Origin: Octopus sinensis
Lineage: Eukaryota
DNA: 64,000 nucleotides
NCBI RefSeq assembly: GCF_006345805.1
Contig: NC_043021.1
Location: forward strand, 8,246,001-8,310,000
Direction of reading: 5' to 3'
Shown: positions 13,840-26,900 of the stretch, one piece after another
How the letters are laid out: each line of letters begins with the position of its first letter
How positions within the stretch are numbered: the stretch's first letter is position 1
Translations under genes and position numbers: made by a program
The notes under the pieces: generated by a model
The model's database searches: none
Told to the model about the DNA's origin: nothing
The model's input: only the letters and a program-made list of their open reading frames with translations

Positions 13840-14975
13840 AGCCTTATGCAAAGATAGAGTCAATGTAGCAAAGACCAAAGTTATAGTAAGTAGGAAGGTG
13901 AACTCATCACACACCCCCTCAGGTAGGTAGCCCTGCTCGATCTGTAGAAAAGGTCAAGGTAGAAACTCCATAAGATGTACCCACCGTAAGCTATGGACGC
14001 ATAAGAGGTGCAACAATATCAAAGGAAAATTAACCGAGAAGATGGCTTTCATGTGCGGCAGATGCAGAGGGGCAATAGACACCACAGATACTCAGAAAAC
14101 AGATTCCATCACACTCCAAGGGGAGAAACTAGAGTAGTTGATAGTTTCCGCTACATAGGTGACCAAGTTAGTAGTGGGGGTGGATGTTCAGAGAGTGTTA
14201 CCACTAGAATACGAATAGCCTGGGCAAAGTTAAAGAAAGCTTCTACCCCTACTGGTGACAAAGGGTCTCTCACTCAGAGTGAAAGGTAGATTGTACGATG
14301 CATGTGTGCAAACTACCATGCTTCACGGCAGTGAAACATGGGCTGTGACTGCAGACGACATCCGTAGGCTTGAAAGAAATGAAGCTAGCATGATCCACTG
14401 GATGTGTATTGTCAGTGTGCACACACGACAGAATGTAAGCGCCCTGAGAGAAATGCTGGGCATAAGAAGAGAGACGTTTGCGCTGGTATGGTCATGTACT
14501 ACAGATGAATGAGGAGAGATGTGTGAAGAAGTGCCACTCCCAAACAGTTGAAGGAATCTGGGGTAGAGGTAGACCCAGGAAGACATGGGATGAAGTGGTC
14601 AAGTATGACCTTAAACGTTGGGCCTCACAGAGACAATGAAATAAGTCATGTAAATGAAACAGAGTGGAGGCACAATGGCCCAGTGGTTTCGATTCCCAGA
14701 CTGGGCGCTGTGTTTGTTTATTGAGCGAAAACACCTAGAGCCTCAAGAGGCTCTGGCAGGGGGTGGTGGCGACCCCTGTTGTACTCCTTCACCCCAACTT
14801 TCTCTCACTCTTTCTTCCTGTTTCTTGAGTAACGCTGCGATGGACTGGCCTCTCGTCCAGCTGGGGGGAACACATACGCCATAGAAACTTCCAGAGGTAC
14901 CTAACAACAACAAGATATGCTGTGACTGCGAAGACCTGACAAATAACATAAATTCATGGCCGTTTCCTGCACCAG
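13840..14975 (+). pseudogene. RTE LINE C-terminal coding relic interrupted by a 277-bp foreign segment
   Basis: VVDSFRYIGDQVS..RIAW; RVKGRLYDACVQTTMLHGSETW; GRPRKTW. Confidence 0.9.
14666..14888 (+). mobile_element. SINE head C + tail V (internally deleted), duplicated with its flanks from 7484-7795
   Basis: Same flanks tgaaataagtcatgtaaatgaaacagagt and ttccagaggtacctaacaacaacaa. Confidence 0.8.
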
Positions 14976-15039
14976 TAAATAACGTGAGTTCCACATTATA
15001 TATCAGCAGTTTGATAAACCACCATCACTTCCTTATATG

Positions 15040-15641
15040 GTATGTTCAGAGGTTTGCTAATGTTCTACAGCATGAGGATCAGAGGTGTGAAGTGTTCAGA
15101 ATTGCAAAGCAGTGTATTGGCGAGAATAGAGATGTGGTGGGTGAGAAATGTGTGCAAATGGATAATGGTATGCTTGTACTTAGTGACTCAGAGATGAAAG
15201 ACGCGTAGAGGTGCCATTATGAAAGGTTATTAAATGTAGAAAATGAATGGGAGAAGGAGTGTCTTTCAAATATCAAACCAATTGCGGAACCAGCCAGCAG
15301 AGTTGATAGCAGTATAATGGAGAATGCAATTAAGGACATGCTGACAGGGAAAGCCTCTAGACCATCGGGTATCACTGCTGAGATGATTAAAATATCTGAC
15401 GGTGTGGGATACAGCCCAGTTGTGCTTTTTATGTGCCACCGGCACAGGTATCACAACTACAATTTCCATTTGATTTTTATTTGATGTTGATGTGTTTGAC
15501 TCAATAGGTCTCCTCAAGCACAGCAGGCTGTCCTGCGATCCAAGGTACTTTGGATGGGCTGGGGCTGCAATGTGAACCTGGTGCAGGAAACAGCCATGGA
15601 CTCACGTTATATGTCGGGTCTTCGCAGTCACAACATATCTC
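15040..15641. mobile_element. RTE fragments: + strand coding relic (15040-15420) and - strand 3' region (15420-15641)
   Basis: VFRIAKQC..DVVGEKCV matches 31280-31400; 15575-15641 is the reverse complement of 14914-14975. Confidence 0.75.
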
Positions 15642-16233
15642 TTTAAGAAATCCACTTTAAGAAATCCACTGATGACCTTCACAACTCTGATCCATCAAAT
15701 CCATTCAAACAATCCAAACCCATAACTTAGATCTACAGTAAGAGAACAAGCATCCTTCTGCCATCAGTCAACATCAGATTTTTCACCATCACCCACTGTA
15801 CTATCATCCATTCATTGATGTTTCTCAAACACCTCTTTCATGTCCAAATCATGCCTCTTTGAAATTTATTACAATCTAAGAAGAGAAGAAGAAACATAGC
15901 CATATACTTACGTAATGAGAAATGATGCAAAAATCTCAGCTGCAGTAAGTATGGGAAGTATCCGCAACATACTTTTCTTTCGTGGAGCCTTTTGGATATG
16001 GAAGTAAAAAAAAATTATGCAATTTAATGAATATTAATAAAATAAAAGAATTTTCAAGAATTTCAAATTATAATATAAGGAAACATATTGGGAATATGGT
16101 TCAACAAATAGTATTTTAGAATGTCTAATGGAATTAAAAATTATTTTTATGCATTTGTGTACATTTAAACTAATTAAATATTATTTTACAGAATAAGGGA
16201 ATTAAAATTTCTTTGATTAAAACCCTTTCTAAC

Positions 16234-17270
16234 ATGGAAGTATCCAAAGAGCATTTGAGGCACATAATGCTTTATGAATACAAAAAAAAGGAAACTTTGC
16301 AGTCGAAGCGACTTGAAACATACACTCATTTTATGGGAAAGAATGCTTGAATGAAAGAACTTGCAGAAGATGGCTTGAAAAAATTCAGAAGTGGAGATTT
16401 CAGCCTTGAAGATGAAGATCAAACAGGATGACCAGTTGAGTTTAATGATAAGCTCCTTGAGGTATTACTTGAAGAAAATCCTGCATTATTAGTTGAAGAA
16501 TTGGCAATAAAGCTTAGTTCAAACCATACAACAGTTCATCATCATCTTCAACAACTTGAAAAGGTTCCTAAACTTGGAAAATGGGTTCCTCATGAATTGT
16601 CCGAAAGCAACTGCAAATCTCAAGTTGACATCTGCTCTTCTCTCCATTCTCGTGTACTCATTTCCCCCTTTTTGGATAGACTTGTGACAGGTGACAAAAA
16701 ATGGATCTTCTATCGAAATGTTAAATGTCGTAAACCATGGCTTAGTAAAAGGGAAAAAGCTCAACCACAACCGAGAAGGGAACTTCATGGAAAAAAGGTT
16801 CTTCTCTCTATCTGGTGGGATTGCAAAGGAGTAATTCACTTTGACTTGTTACCACATAATGCAACAATCAATGCTCAAGTCTACTGTCAGCAATTAGAGT
16901 GTTTGAACCAAGTGTTGAAGAAGGAAAGACCTGCTTTAGTGAATCAAAAAGGAGTGATTTTTCATCAGGACTATGCTTGACACTACACTACACTGCAAAG
17001 ATCACATTACAGAAGATTGAAGAGCTTGGTTGGGAAAGAATTCCTCATCAACCTTATTCTCCCAATCTTGCTCCTTCAGAATACCGTTTGTTTCATAGTT
17101 TACAGAATCATTTGGGGGACATAATTTTCGCAAGCCAGGAGGAGGTCAAAACTGACAGTTCAGAATTCTTCGCTCTGAAACCAAAAGCGTTTTACATTGA
17201 TGGGATTAAAAAGCTTGTAAATAGGTGGAAGGAAGTCATAGATAATCAGGGAAAGTACATTGATGATTAA
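16234..17270 (+). pseudogene. mariner transposase pseudogene (frameshifts and stops)
   Basis: MEVSKEHLRHIMLYEY start, WVPHEL, DRLVTGDKKW, FHQD, YSPNLAPSEY; probable right TIR 17321-17347 followed by TA; left TIR not found. Confidence 0.95.
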
Positions 17271-17373
17271 ATTTCAATCAAATATAACATTTGATCACTT
17301 GTTTTCTTTATTAAAATTTCGGACAGAACTTATAGGATGACCTGATATATATATATATATATATATATGTTCT

Positions 17374-18281
17374 CTAGCTGACGTACCTGATAGTTCCTGG
17401 GAAAGTGTGGCTTATGCATTAGTTTTGTTCTAATAATTGTTTTGCTAATCCAATAACAAGAATACAAATTATGTAGTCCGTAAAACAGTTTCTGTGCATT
17501 TACATAGAATACCGAACCATCTAACTCAGGATCCTGTTTTTAGGAATTCCCAATAAGTTATGAATACCAAAATTGTGAAGTCAGTTATGTAATAACATGA
17601 AAATAGCTACCCTATAGTAAGAATTCAAATAAAGAAACCTTGAAAAGGGCTTTAATGTGTTCCCAGAGTATATAGAACATAGGGGGAAATAGTAATAAGG
17701 TATGTATACCAAAAGTGTGAAGCATGTTAAGTAATAACAGGCTAATCAGATATGAAATAATAACAATTCAATGTAAATAACTCTGAAAAGGGCTTTTGTG
17801 CATTCCCAGAGAATATTACTATAAGGGGCACAAGTGTTGGTATATTCGTGAATAAGTCACTAACTAAAATAAGTGGATCTATTGTTTAGGAAAATACTAT
17901 TTACTTGTAGAAGGGTTGCACTGGATAAATTGCGAAAATAACTTTAACAGTTCAAATACTAAGAAGTAAGCATACTCAATTTCATTTTTACCAAATAAAT
18001 TAGGAAAATGAATGGGTTATTTCCCTTGGCACATTTAAGGATCCCTTCCAGGGGCGAATGGGTTCTTTCCCTTGGATTCTAAAATAAAATATATTAGAAA
18101 TATAAAAGGATCCCTTCGAGGGGCCCTTTTATCGACTTTTCAACAATCTGAGCATGCCATGAGGTTACCAGACATGAGTTCTACTCACATGTCAAGTTTC
18201 ATCAAAATCCATAAAACGATGTAGGAGTTAGCTAACAACTCCACAAACACACCCACAGACAGAAATTCCCACATAAGTAGA
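17374..18281 (-). mobile_element. Non-autonomous Helitron-like element, diverged
   Basis: Minus strand begins a|TCtac..tctgtctgt..gattttgatgaaacttgac (as in 61178-61290) and ends CTAG; internal ~140-bp diverged duplication. Confidence 0.6.
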
Positions 18282-18625
<344 letters not shown>

Positions 18626-18631
18626 CATTTC

Positions 18632-18958
18632 AAAATGTGACCCCGTGTGTACCGTCGGCGATTTTTTTTTCCTCTGTCTTCCCTTCTCTAGATCTTTCCT
18701 TCTCCTATGTTTCCGACGAAGAGCTCCGCTCGAAACGTTAAACCCTCCTTCTTCCCTTCCTTCCTGAGCGTCCAATAATACTATATTTGTTCCACGTCCT
18801 CGCGTTGTTGTGTTTTTTTGTGCTTTCTTGTTTGGATTAACTATGTATACGTATAGTAAATCCCCCAAAAAGAAGAACAAACAGAAAAAAACGATGCAAG
18901 GACGTGGTACGTGTAAAGTATTAGCAGATGCTCAGGGAAGGATACAAAGATCTTTTAA
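18632..18958 (+). mobile_element. Penelope-like pLTR-type element (18632-18845) followed by a diverged inverted partial copy (18869-18958)
   Basis: ttcctgagcgtccaataatact..ccacgtcctcgcgttg mirrored by cgatgcaaggacgtgg..agtattagcagatgctcagggaa. Confidence 0.6.
18709..18743 (+). ncRNA. Minimal type-I hammerhead-like motif with variant core (CCGACGA)
   Basis: gttt ccgacga a gagc-tcc-gctc gaaa cg tt aaac. Confidence 0.65.
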
Positions 18959-19217
18959 TTTTTTATTTTATTTCTGTATACATACACACACACACACACA
19001 CAAATACATGCATCTGTGCACACACATGAACGCACATATACCTCCCACACATACACCCACATACATACACCCACATACATGCACATACACATGCATACAT
19101 GCACATACATGCCACACACACATGCACGTATGTGTATGTGTGTTTGTGTGTCTATGAGCATGTGTATATGTGAGTGTGTGCGTAGGGTTGTGTTATGTGG
19201 CGGTATATATTTCTTCC

Positions 19218-21400
19218 TGTGTGCATGCATGTGTGTGTGTACATGTATGCATGTGTGTGTATGTGAGTGTGTGTGTATGTATGTGCATGTATGTGTGTGT
19301 GTACATGTATGCATGTGTGTGCATGTGAGTGTGTGTGTATGTGCATGCATGTAGTGTGTGTGTACATGTATGCAGTGTGTGTATGTGAGGTGTGTGTATG
19401 TCCATGCATGTGTGTGTTACATGTATGCATGTGTGTGTATGTGAGTGTGTGTGTATGTCCATGCATGTGTGTGTGTACATGTATGCATGTGTGTGTATGT
19501 GAGTGTGTGTGTATGTGCATGCATGTGGTGTGTGTACATGTATGCATGTGTGTGCATGTGTGTGTGTGTATGTGCATGCATGTGTGTGTGTACATGTATG
19601 CATGTGTGTGTATGTGAGTGTGTGTATGTGCATGCATGTGTGTGTGTACATGTATGCATGTGTGTGTATGTGAGTGTGTGTGTATGTGCATGCATGTGTG
19701 TGTGTACATGTATGCATGTGAGTGTGTGTGTATGTGCATGCATGTGTGTGTGTACATGTATGCATGTGTGTGCATGTGAGTGTGTGTGTATGTGCATGCA
19801 TGTGTGTGTGTACATGTATACATGTGTGTGTATGTGAGTGTGTGTGTATGTGCATGCATGTGTGTGTGTACATGTATGCATGTGTGTATGTGAGTGTGTG
19901 TGTATGTGCATGCATGTGTGTGTACATGTATGCATGTGTGTGCATGTGAGTGTGTGTGTATGTGCATGCATGTGTTGTGTACATGTATGCATGTGTGTGC
20001 ATGTGAGTGTGTGTGTATGTGCATGCATGTGTGTGTGTAACATGTATGCATGTGTGTGCATGTGAGTGTGTGTGTATGTGCATGCATGTGTGTGTGTACA
20101 TGTATACATGTGTGTGTATGTGAGTGTGTGTGTATGTGCATGCATGTGTGTGTGTACATGTATGCATGTGTGTGTATGTGAGTGTGTGTGTATGTGCATG
20201 CATGTGTGTGTGTACATGTATGCATGTGTGTGCATGTGAGTGTGTGTGTATGTGCATGCATGTGTGTGTGTACATGTATGCATGTGTGTGCATGTGTGTG
20301 TGTGTATGTGCATGCATGTGTGTGTACATGTATGCATGTGTGTGTATGTGAGTGTGTGTGTATGTGCATGCATGTGTGTGTGTACATGTATGCATGTGTG
20401 TGTATGTGAGTGTGTGTGTATGTGCATGCATGTGTGTGTGTACATGTATGCATGTGTGTGCATGTGAGTGTGTGTGTATGTGCATGCATGTGTGTGTGTA
20501 CATGTATGCATGTGTGTGCATGTGTGTGTGTATGTGCATGCATGTGTGTGTACATGTATGCATGTGTGTGTATGTGATGTGTGTGTATGTGCATGCATGT
20601 GTGTGTGTACATGTATGCATGTGTGTGCATTGTGTGTGTGTGGTATGTGCATGCATGTGTGTGTGTACATGTATGCATGTGTGTGTATGTGTGTGTGTGT
20701 GTGTGTATGTGCATGCATGTGTGTGTTACATGTATGCATGTGTGTTATGTGAGTGTGTGTGTATGTGCATGCATGTGTGTGTGTACATGTATGCATTGTG
20801 TGTGTGTATGTGCATGCATGTGTGTGGTACATGTATGCATGTGTGTGCATGTGAGTGTGTGTGTATGTGCATGCTGTGTGTGTGTACATGTATGCATGTG
20901 TGTGTATGTGAGTGTGTGTGTATGTGCATGCATGTGTGTGTGTACATGTATGCATGTGTGTGCATGTGAGTGTGTGTGTATGTGCATGCATGTGTGTGTG
21001 TACATGTATGCATGTGTGTGTATGTGAGTGTGTGTGTATGTGCATGCATGTGTGTGTGTACATGTATGCATGTGTGTGTATGTGAGTGTGTGTGTATGTG
21101 CATGCATGTGTGTGTGTACATGTATGCATGTGTGTGCATGTGAGTGTGTGTGTATTGCATGCATGTGTGTGTGTACATGTATGCATGTGTGTGCATGTGT
21201 GTGTGTGTGTTGTGCATGCATGTGTGTGTGTACATGTATGCATGTGTGTATGTGAGTGTGTGTGTATGTGCATGCATGTGTGTGTGTACATGTATGCATG
21301 TGTGTGCATGTGTGTGTGTATGTATGTGCATGCATGTGTGTGTGTACATGTATGCATGTGTGTGCATGTGTGTGTGTGTATGTATGTGCATGTATGTGTG
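19218..21400. repeat. ~58-bp minisatellite of near-alternating purine-pyrimidine sequence
   Basis: Unit gtgtatgtgcatgcatgtgtgtgtgtacatgtatgcatgtgtgtgtatgtgagtgtgt; ORF starts 20124/20182/20240 spaced by 58. Confidence 0.95.
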
Positions 21401-21705
21401 CTGTGTGTATGTGTGTGGGAGGTATATGTGCATTCATGTGCGTGCGCGGGTGCATGTATTTTTGCGTGTGTGTGTGTGTGTGTGTGTTGTGTGTGTGTGT
21501 GTATGTGCGTGAGTGTATGCGTGCGTGTATACAGAAATAAAATAAAATATAATAAAATAAGATGGATAAATAAAGAAAAAGGGAAAATGGGACAAGATGT
21601 AAAAAAAATTACAAAAATTAACAGATACAAGATAAAAAATATAAGATAAAGTAATAAAATTAAAGCGATATCTGTATGTATGTATATATATATATATATA
21701 TATAT

Positions 21706-21867
21706 GAGTGACAGTGTGGTAAGAAGCTTGCTTACCAACCACACGGTTCCGGGTTCAGTCCCACTGCGTGGCACCTCAGGCTAGTGTCTTCTGCTGTAGT
21801 CTCGGGCCGACCAAAACCTTGTGAGTGGATTTGGTAGACAAAAACTGAAAGAAGCCTGTTGTGTGTG

Positions 21868-21936
<69 letters not shown>

Positions 21937-22132
21937 TTGTGTGTCTGTCCCACCCCCAACATCACTTGACAACTGATGCTGGTGTGTTTATGTCCCCATA
22001 ACTTAGTGGTTCGGCAAAAGGGACCAATATTAGGCTTATAAAGAATAAGTCTTGGGGTCGATTTGCTCGACTAAAGGCGGTGCTCCAGCATGGCCACAGC
22101 CAAATGACTGAAACAAGTAAAATAGTAAAGAG
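21706..22132 (+). mobile_element. SINE type A
   Basis: Matches other copies. Confidence 0.9.
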
Positions 22133-22243
22133 TATATATATGTATATCTATCTATATATATATATAGTGTTAATATATTATATATAGTATTAATAAAATA
22201 TGGATATATATAGGTGTGTGGGTATAATATATATATATATATA

Positions 22244-22364
22244 TATCACGTGATCACGTGACCGACCAGTCCATCAGATGTTGTTACACATTGCTGGTCA
22301 CAATGCGTTCGCATTGTTTTAGCCTTCGAATGACGCCACCCCGCTGGCTAAGCGAGCAGGCCAA
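22244..22364 (+). mobile_element. ~120-bp structured element embedded in (TA)n, unclassified
   Basis: Second copy in reverse orientation at 43089-43212, also in (TA)n. Confidence 0.8.
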
Positions 22365-22376
22365 TATATATATATA

Positions 22377-22476
<100 letters not shown>

Positions 22477-22908
22477 ATTTGTATATATGTATATGTATAT
22501 GTGTGTGTATCTGTGCATGTATATACAGATATTTACATACGATGGGCGTACATTTAGTTCCTGTCTACCAAATTCACTCACTGGGACCATAGTAGAAGAC
22601 ACTCGCCCAATGTGTTGTGCATTGGGATTGAACTTGAAACCATGAGCTTTCGAAATGATCTCTTTAACCACACAGCCATGCCTGCATATTACACCAGAAC
22701 TGTGATGAACTGTTTGAAGATATTGTCACTATGAAGGTTTGAAAAATTGAATTTTAGATCCATTTTCAATCAGTGACAAACCAAAAATGTGATTCAAAGG
22801 AAAACTGATAGAATTAAAGATTAATAAAGAGATTAAACTGCAAACAGTTGAACTGAAGAATTAAAAATGCAGTATTCTTTTATTGAGGAAGATGTGAAAG
22901 AATTTCTA

Positions 22909-23250
22909 TGGCTGTGTGAGAAGTACCTTGCTTACCAACCACATGGTTCCGGGTTCAGTCCCACTGCATGGCACCTTGGGCAAGTGTCTTCTACTATAGC
23001 CTCGGGCCGACCAAAGCCTTGTGAGAGGATTTGGTAGATGGAAACTGAAAGAAGCCCCTGGTATGTGTGTGTGTGTGTGTGTTTGTGTATGCTGGTGTGT
23101 CTACATCCCTGTAAACTTAGCAGTTCGACAAAAGAGACTGTTAGAATAAGTACTAGGCTTGCTAAGAATTAATTCCCGGGGTCAATTCGTCTGACTAAAA
23201 GTGGTGCTCCAGCATGGCCGCAGTCAAATAATTGAGACAAGTAAAAGAAT
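22909..23250 (+). mobile_element. SINE type A, diverged (another partial minus copy at 22540-22685)
   Basis: Matches other copies. Confidence 0.85.
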
Positions 23251-23360
23251 AGATGAATATTACAAACTGAAACTGTTTCAAACACTTTGGAACAATTGAA
23301 ATTCGGATTATACAATATTAAATTTAATGAAAGAAAAAATGTAATTTAATTTTCACTTAC

Positions 23361-23378
23361 TTTACGGCAGGGCAGCAT
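23361..23378 (-). CDS. Candidate start-codon exon (whole exon 23361-23409), encoding MLPCRK
   Basis: Acceptor ccctaacttttcag|, donor aaa|gtaagt, aatATG with in-frame upstream TAA, phase 0, CpGs retained in a CpG-poor context. Confidence 0.5.
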
Positions 23379-23970
23379 ATTGACGGAAGATTCTTAAATG
23401 GGTGGAAGTCTGAAAAGTTAGGGACACATATACATACAATTTGATCTAGACAATTATTGGTGTTATGTATACAGTCTAAACAGGAAATTATTTCTGGTTA
23501 ATGTAAGCAGCACAGTGGAGTGTGTGAGTGCATGCAAGTGTGTGCAAGTGTGTGCACATGTGTATGTGTGTGTGTCTGTGCGTGTGTGTGTGTGTGCACA
23601 TGTGTATGTGTGTGTGTGTCTGTGCATGTGTGTGTATGTGTGAGAGCGCGAAACATTTAACACACAGTTGCTGTATAATCAGAAACCACTGCTAATATTT
23701 GATATGTCACAGTTTACATGGAGCAACAAGATTGTAACATCTAATGGCTAGATATGTGTGTGTATGGGAAGGAATAGATATTTGTCATTGTGACAAACAA
23801 CAAATGATGTATGCTTAAATATTATTTTAACCATAAAAAGGCATACATAACACAGTATACATATGTGTGTGTGAATGTATATATATATGTGTATGTGTGT
23901 GTGTGTGTGTATATATATATACACACACATATATATGGACATATATATGTGTGTGTGTGTGTACATACAC

Positions 23971-24003
<33 letters not shown>

Positions 24004-24037
24004 TATACATACACACACACACATATATATGGACATA

Positions 24038-24079
<42 letters not shown>

Positions 24080-24455
24080 TTCTCAAATAATCTTTGCACT
24101 TGTGATTTTTTAATGTTTTTACCCCCATACCTTCGTGGGTTATTTTGAGTAAACACTATCTGAGAGAAATTTTCTTTAAGTATTAGAAATGGCTAAAAAA
24201 TCTTTTTTTGGCTGCTATTTCTAATGAGTTCAGTATGTGGCAAAGTAATTTATTTTACTAAGCCCTTTTATACAATGTAATATTTTGAATTCGCCTTAAA
24301 TGGTCCCTTTACATACTGAATACTTGGTGAAATTGATTAATAACTAATTAATTTTACCCTCAATTGTTGAAATATATATATATATATAATATATATATAT
24401 ATATATACATACACATACACACATATATGTATATATGGACATATATATGTATATA

Positions 24456-24488
<33 letters not shown>

Positions 24489-24492
24489 GGAC

Positions 24493-25755
24493 ATCATCAT
24501 CATTATCATCATCGTTGAATGTCCGTTTTCCATGCTAGCATGAATTGGACGGTTCGACTGTGGTCTGGGAAGCCAGGAGGCTGCACCAGGCTGCAGTCTG
24601 ATATGGCAGCGTTCCTACAGCTGGATGCCCTTCCTAACGCTGACCACTCTGTCCTCTGCAGTCACAGCCCATGTTTCACTGCCGTGAATCATGGCAGTTC
24701 ACACACATGCATCGTACAATCTACCTTTCACTCTGAGCGAGAGACCCTTTGTCACAAGTAGGGGTAGAAGCTTTCTTTAACTTTGCCCAGGCTATTCTTA
24801 TTCTAGTGGTAACACTCTCTGAGCATCCACCCCCACTACTAACTTGGTCACCTAGGTAGTGGAAACTATCAACTACGTCTATTTTCTTCCCCTGGAGTGT
24901 GATGGAATCTGTTTTCTGAGTATCTGTGGTGTCTATTGCCCCTCTGATTCTGTTGCACATGAAAGCTATCTTCTCGGTTAATTTTCCTTTGATGTTGCTG
25001 CACCTCTTTTGTGTCCATAGCTTACACTTGGTACATCTTATGGAGTTTCTACTTACACCTTTTCTACAGATAGAGCAGGGACGCCTACCTGAAGGGGTGT
25101 GTGGTGAGTTTGCCTTCCTACTTACTAGAACTTTGGTCTTAGCTACATTGGCTCTATGGCCTTTTGATTCTAAACCTTGCTTCCACACCCGAAAATTCTT
25201 TTCTAGTTCCGGTAGTGATTCTGCTATGAAAGCTGGTCATCAGCATAGAGGAGCTATGCATCTTGAATTCCTCTGTTATTGCCTGGAGGATTATGATGAA
25301 TAAAAGGGGACTGAGGGCTGAACCTTGGTGGACCCCTACTTCTACCCGGAATTCTTCACTACACACATTGCCAATCCAAACCTTACTAATGGCCTCTCTG
25401 TATAGGGCCTGTACAGCCCTTATTAACCATTCGTCAATCTCCAGTTTCCGCATTGCCCACCAGATAAGGGATCGGGGGACCCTGTCAAAGGCTTTCTCTA
25501 AGTCCACAAAAGCTAAGTATAGGGCTTTATCTTTAGCTAGGTATTTCTCCTGCAGTTGTTGAACCATGAATATGGCATCAGTGGTACTTCTAACCAGCAT
25601 AAAACCAAACTGCATCGCATCTAAGCAGATTCTCTCCCGAATGACATGGGCTATGACCCTCTCTGTGACCTTCATCACTTGATCCAGCAGTTTGATACCC
25701 ATGTAGTTATTTCTATCTAGAGCATCACATTTACCCTAGTAGCAGTTGACTATGG
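24493..25755 (-). pseudogene. RTE LINE reverse transcriptase relic with internal deletions and (GAT)n tail
   Basis: QFGF..STTDAIF..AFVDLEKAFDRVPR..GVHQGSALSPLLFII. Confidence 0.95.
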
Positions 25756-25929
25756 TGATGTTTATGTAGATTTATCATTAGTCTTAGAAGTTTACCATTC
25801 CACTCAATTCAAAGAGAATATTCTTAGTTTAGAGATATTCATTGAATTTAAATTTTTTGGTTCTTGTTTTCACAGTTCTTATTCTAATAATTTTTATTAT
25901 TATATAGAATGTAATGTGTTTATTTGAAT

Positions 25930-26900
25930 TGTTTAAACGTAAATTTTCTTGCATGAAGGTATCTTAGAGCATGTTCTTGTCTTGTGTAGATTAAATTTAG
26001 AAGTGAAGATTTGGTACATTTCCTCTATGCAAAAGTCACATTTTTACTCCCTATTCCATAGAGTTTAGCCTTGCTAATAATATCCCAGCCAATTGAATAC
26101 ATTTTGTTACTATCTTTCAGTGACCAAATTAATTTACTAAGGTTAGTATGATTTTTCTTTTCTCTAAACGTGAAAGAATTTTCATGGCTAGCTATTCTTT
26201 GTTTAATAAAAGGTGAGCTGGCACCTATATAGAAATACTCTTTTTCTTCTGATGTAACTTTGCACTTGTAAACCATATTTTTAATTTTACATTCAAAGTT
26301 TAAAGGAAATTGTCTATTCCTTGTGCAATCACAGTTATTAGCTCTTCTAATTCCATTATTATTTTCTATGTTGGTTTCATTAAGGGTAATCTATAACTTA
26401 TTTTGCCTATTTTCCAGATTATTTCTTCTATTTTTACTGATGACATTCTGGTTAGTGCTCTTTCTAGCATTCTTGTCTTCCCTTTCTAGCCTCATGTCTG
26501 AGTTAGTTATGGTTGATTTCCTTTGATTAATACTTCTGCTATATCTATTTCTCATACCCATAGCTTGGTTAATTATATCAACATACTATTTATTTCTAAT
26601 CCACTATTTATATTCGAGTTACTATCATCAGTATTCACATGGAAACTACTTAACTTACATTGTGTGTTGCTATAATTTGTGCAAGGTTTCAGCTATGAAA
26701 GCCTAAATTTATGCCTATTAAAAATATTTAAAATATTAGCTATTTTTTGCAAAATACTTTTCCATTGAAGAGTAGAACAATTTAGGAATGTTGGAAAGGA
26801 TTGGCTTTCTGAAAGGAATTATATATAACTCATCATTACTAGAGATAATTTTACTAAAAAAGTTTGTGGTATGGTAGCCAGCAGTTTTAGTTAAGCACTT
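25930..26900 (-). pseudogene. Penelope-like element relic: linker plus GIY-YIG endonuclease
   Basis: NCDC..MVYKCKVTSEEKEYFYIGASSPFIKQRIASHENSF..LSKLIWSLK..SIGWDII; upstream IFNRHKFRLS..LAQIIATHN. Confidence 0.85.

Noticed and set aside
15876-15940. Extra minus-strand exon(s) (donor at 15911, acceptor at 15876)
   Set aside because: Implied intron is only 36 nt and the neighbouring frames contain stops; probably a decayed repeat
19152-21774. Long His/Thr/Cys/Met-rich ORFs (up to 785 aa)
   Set aside because: Stop-free translations of the 58-bp CA/TG minisatellite in several frames on both strands
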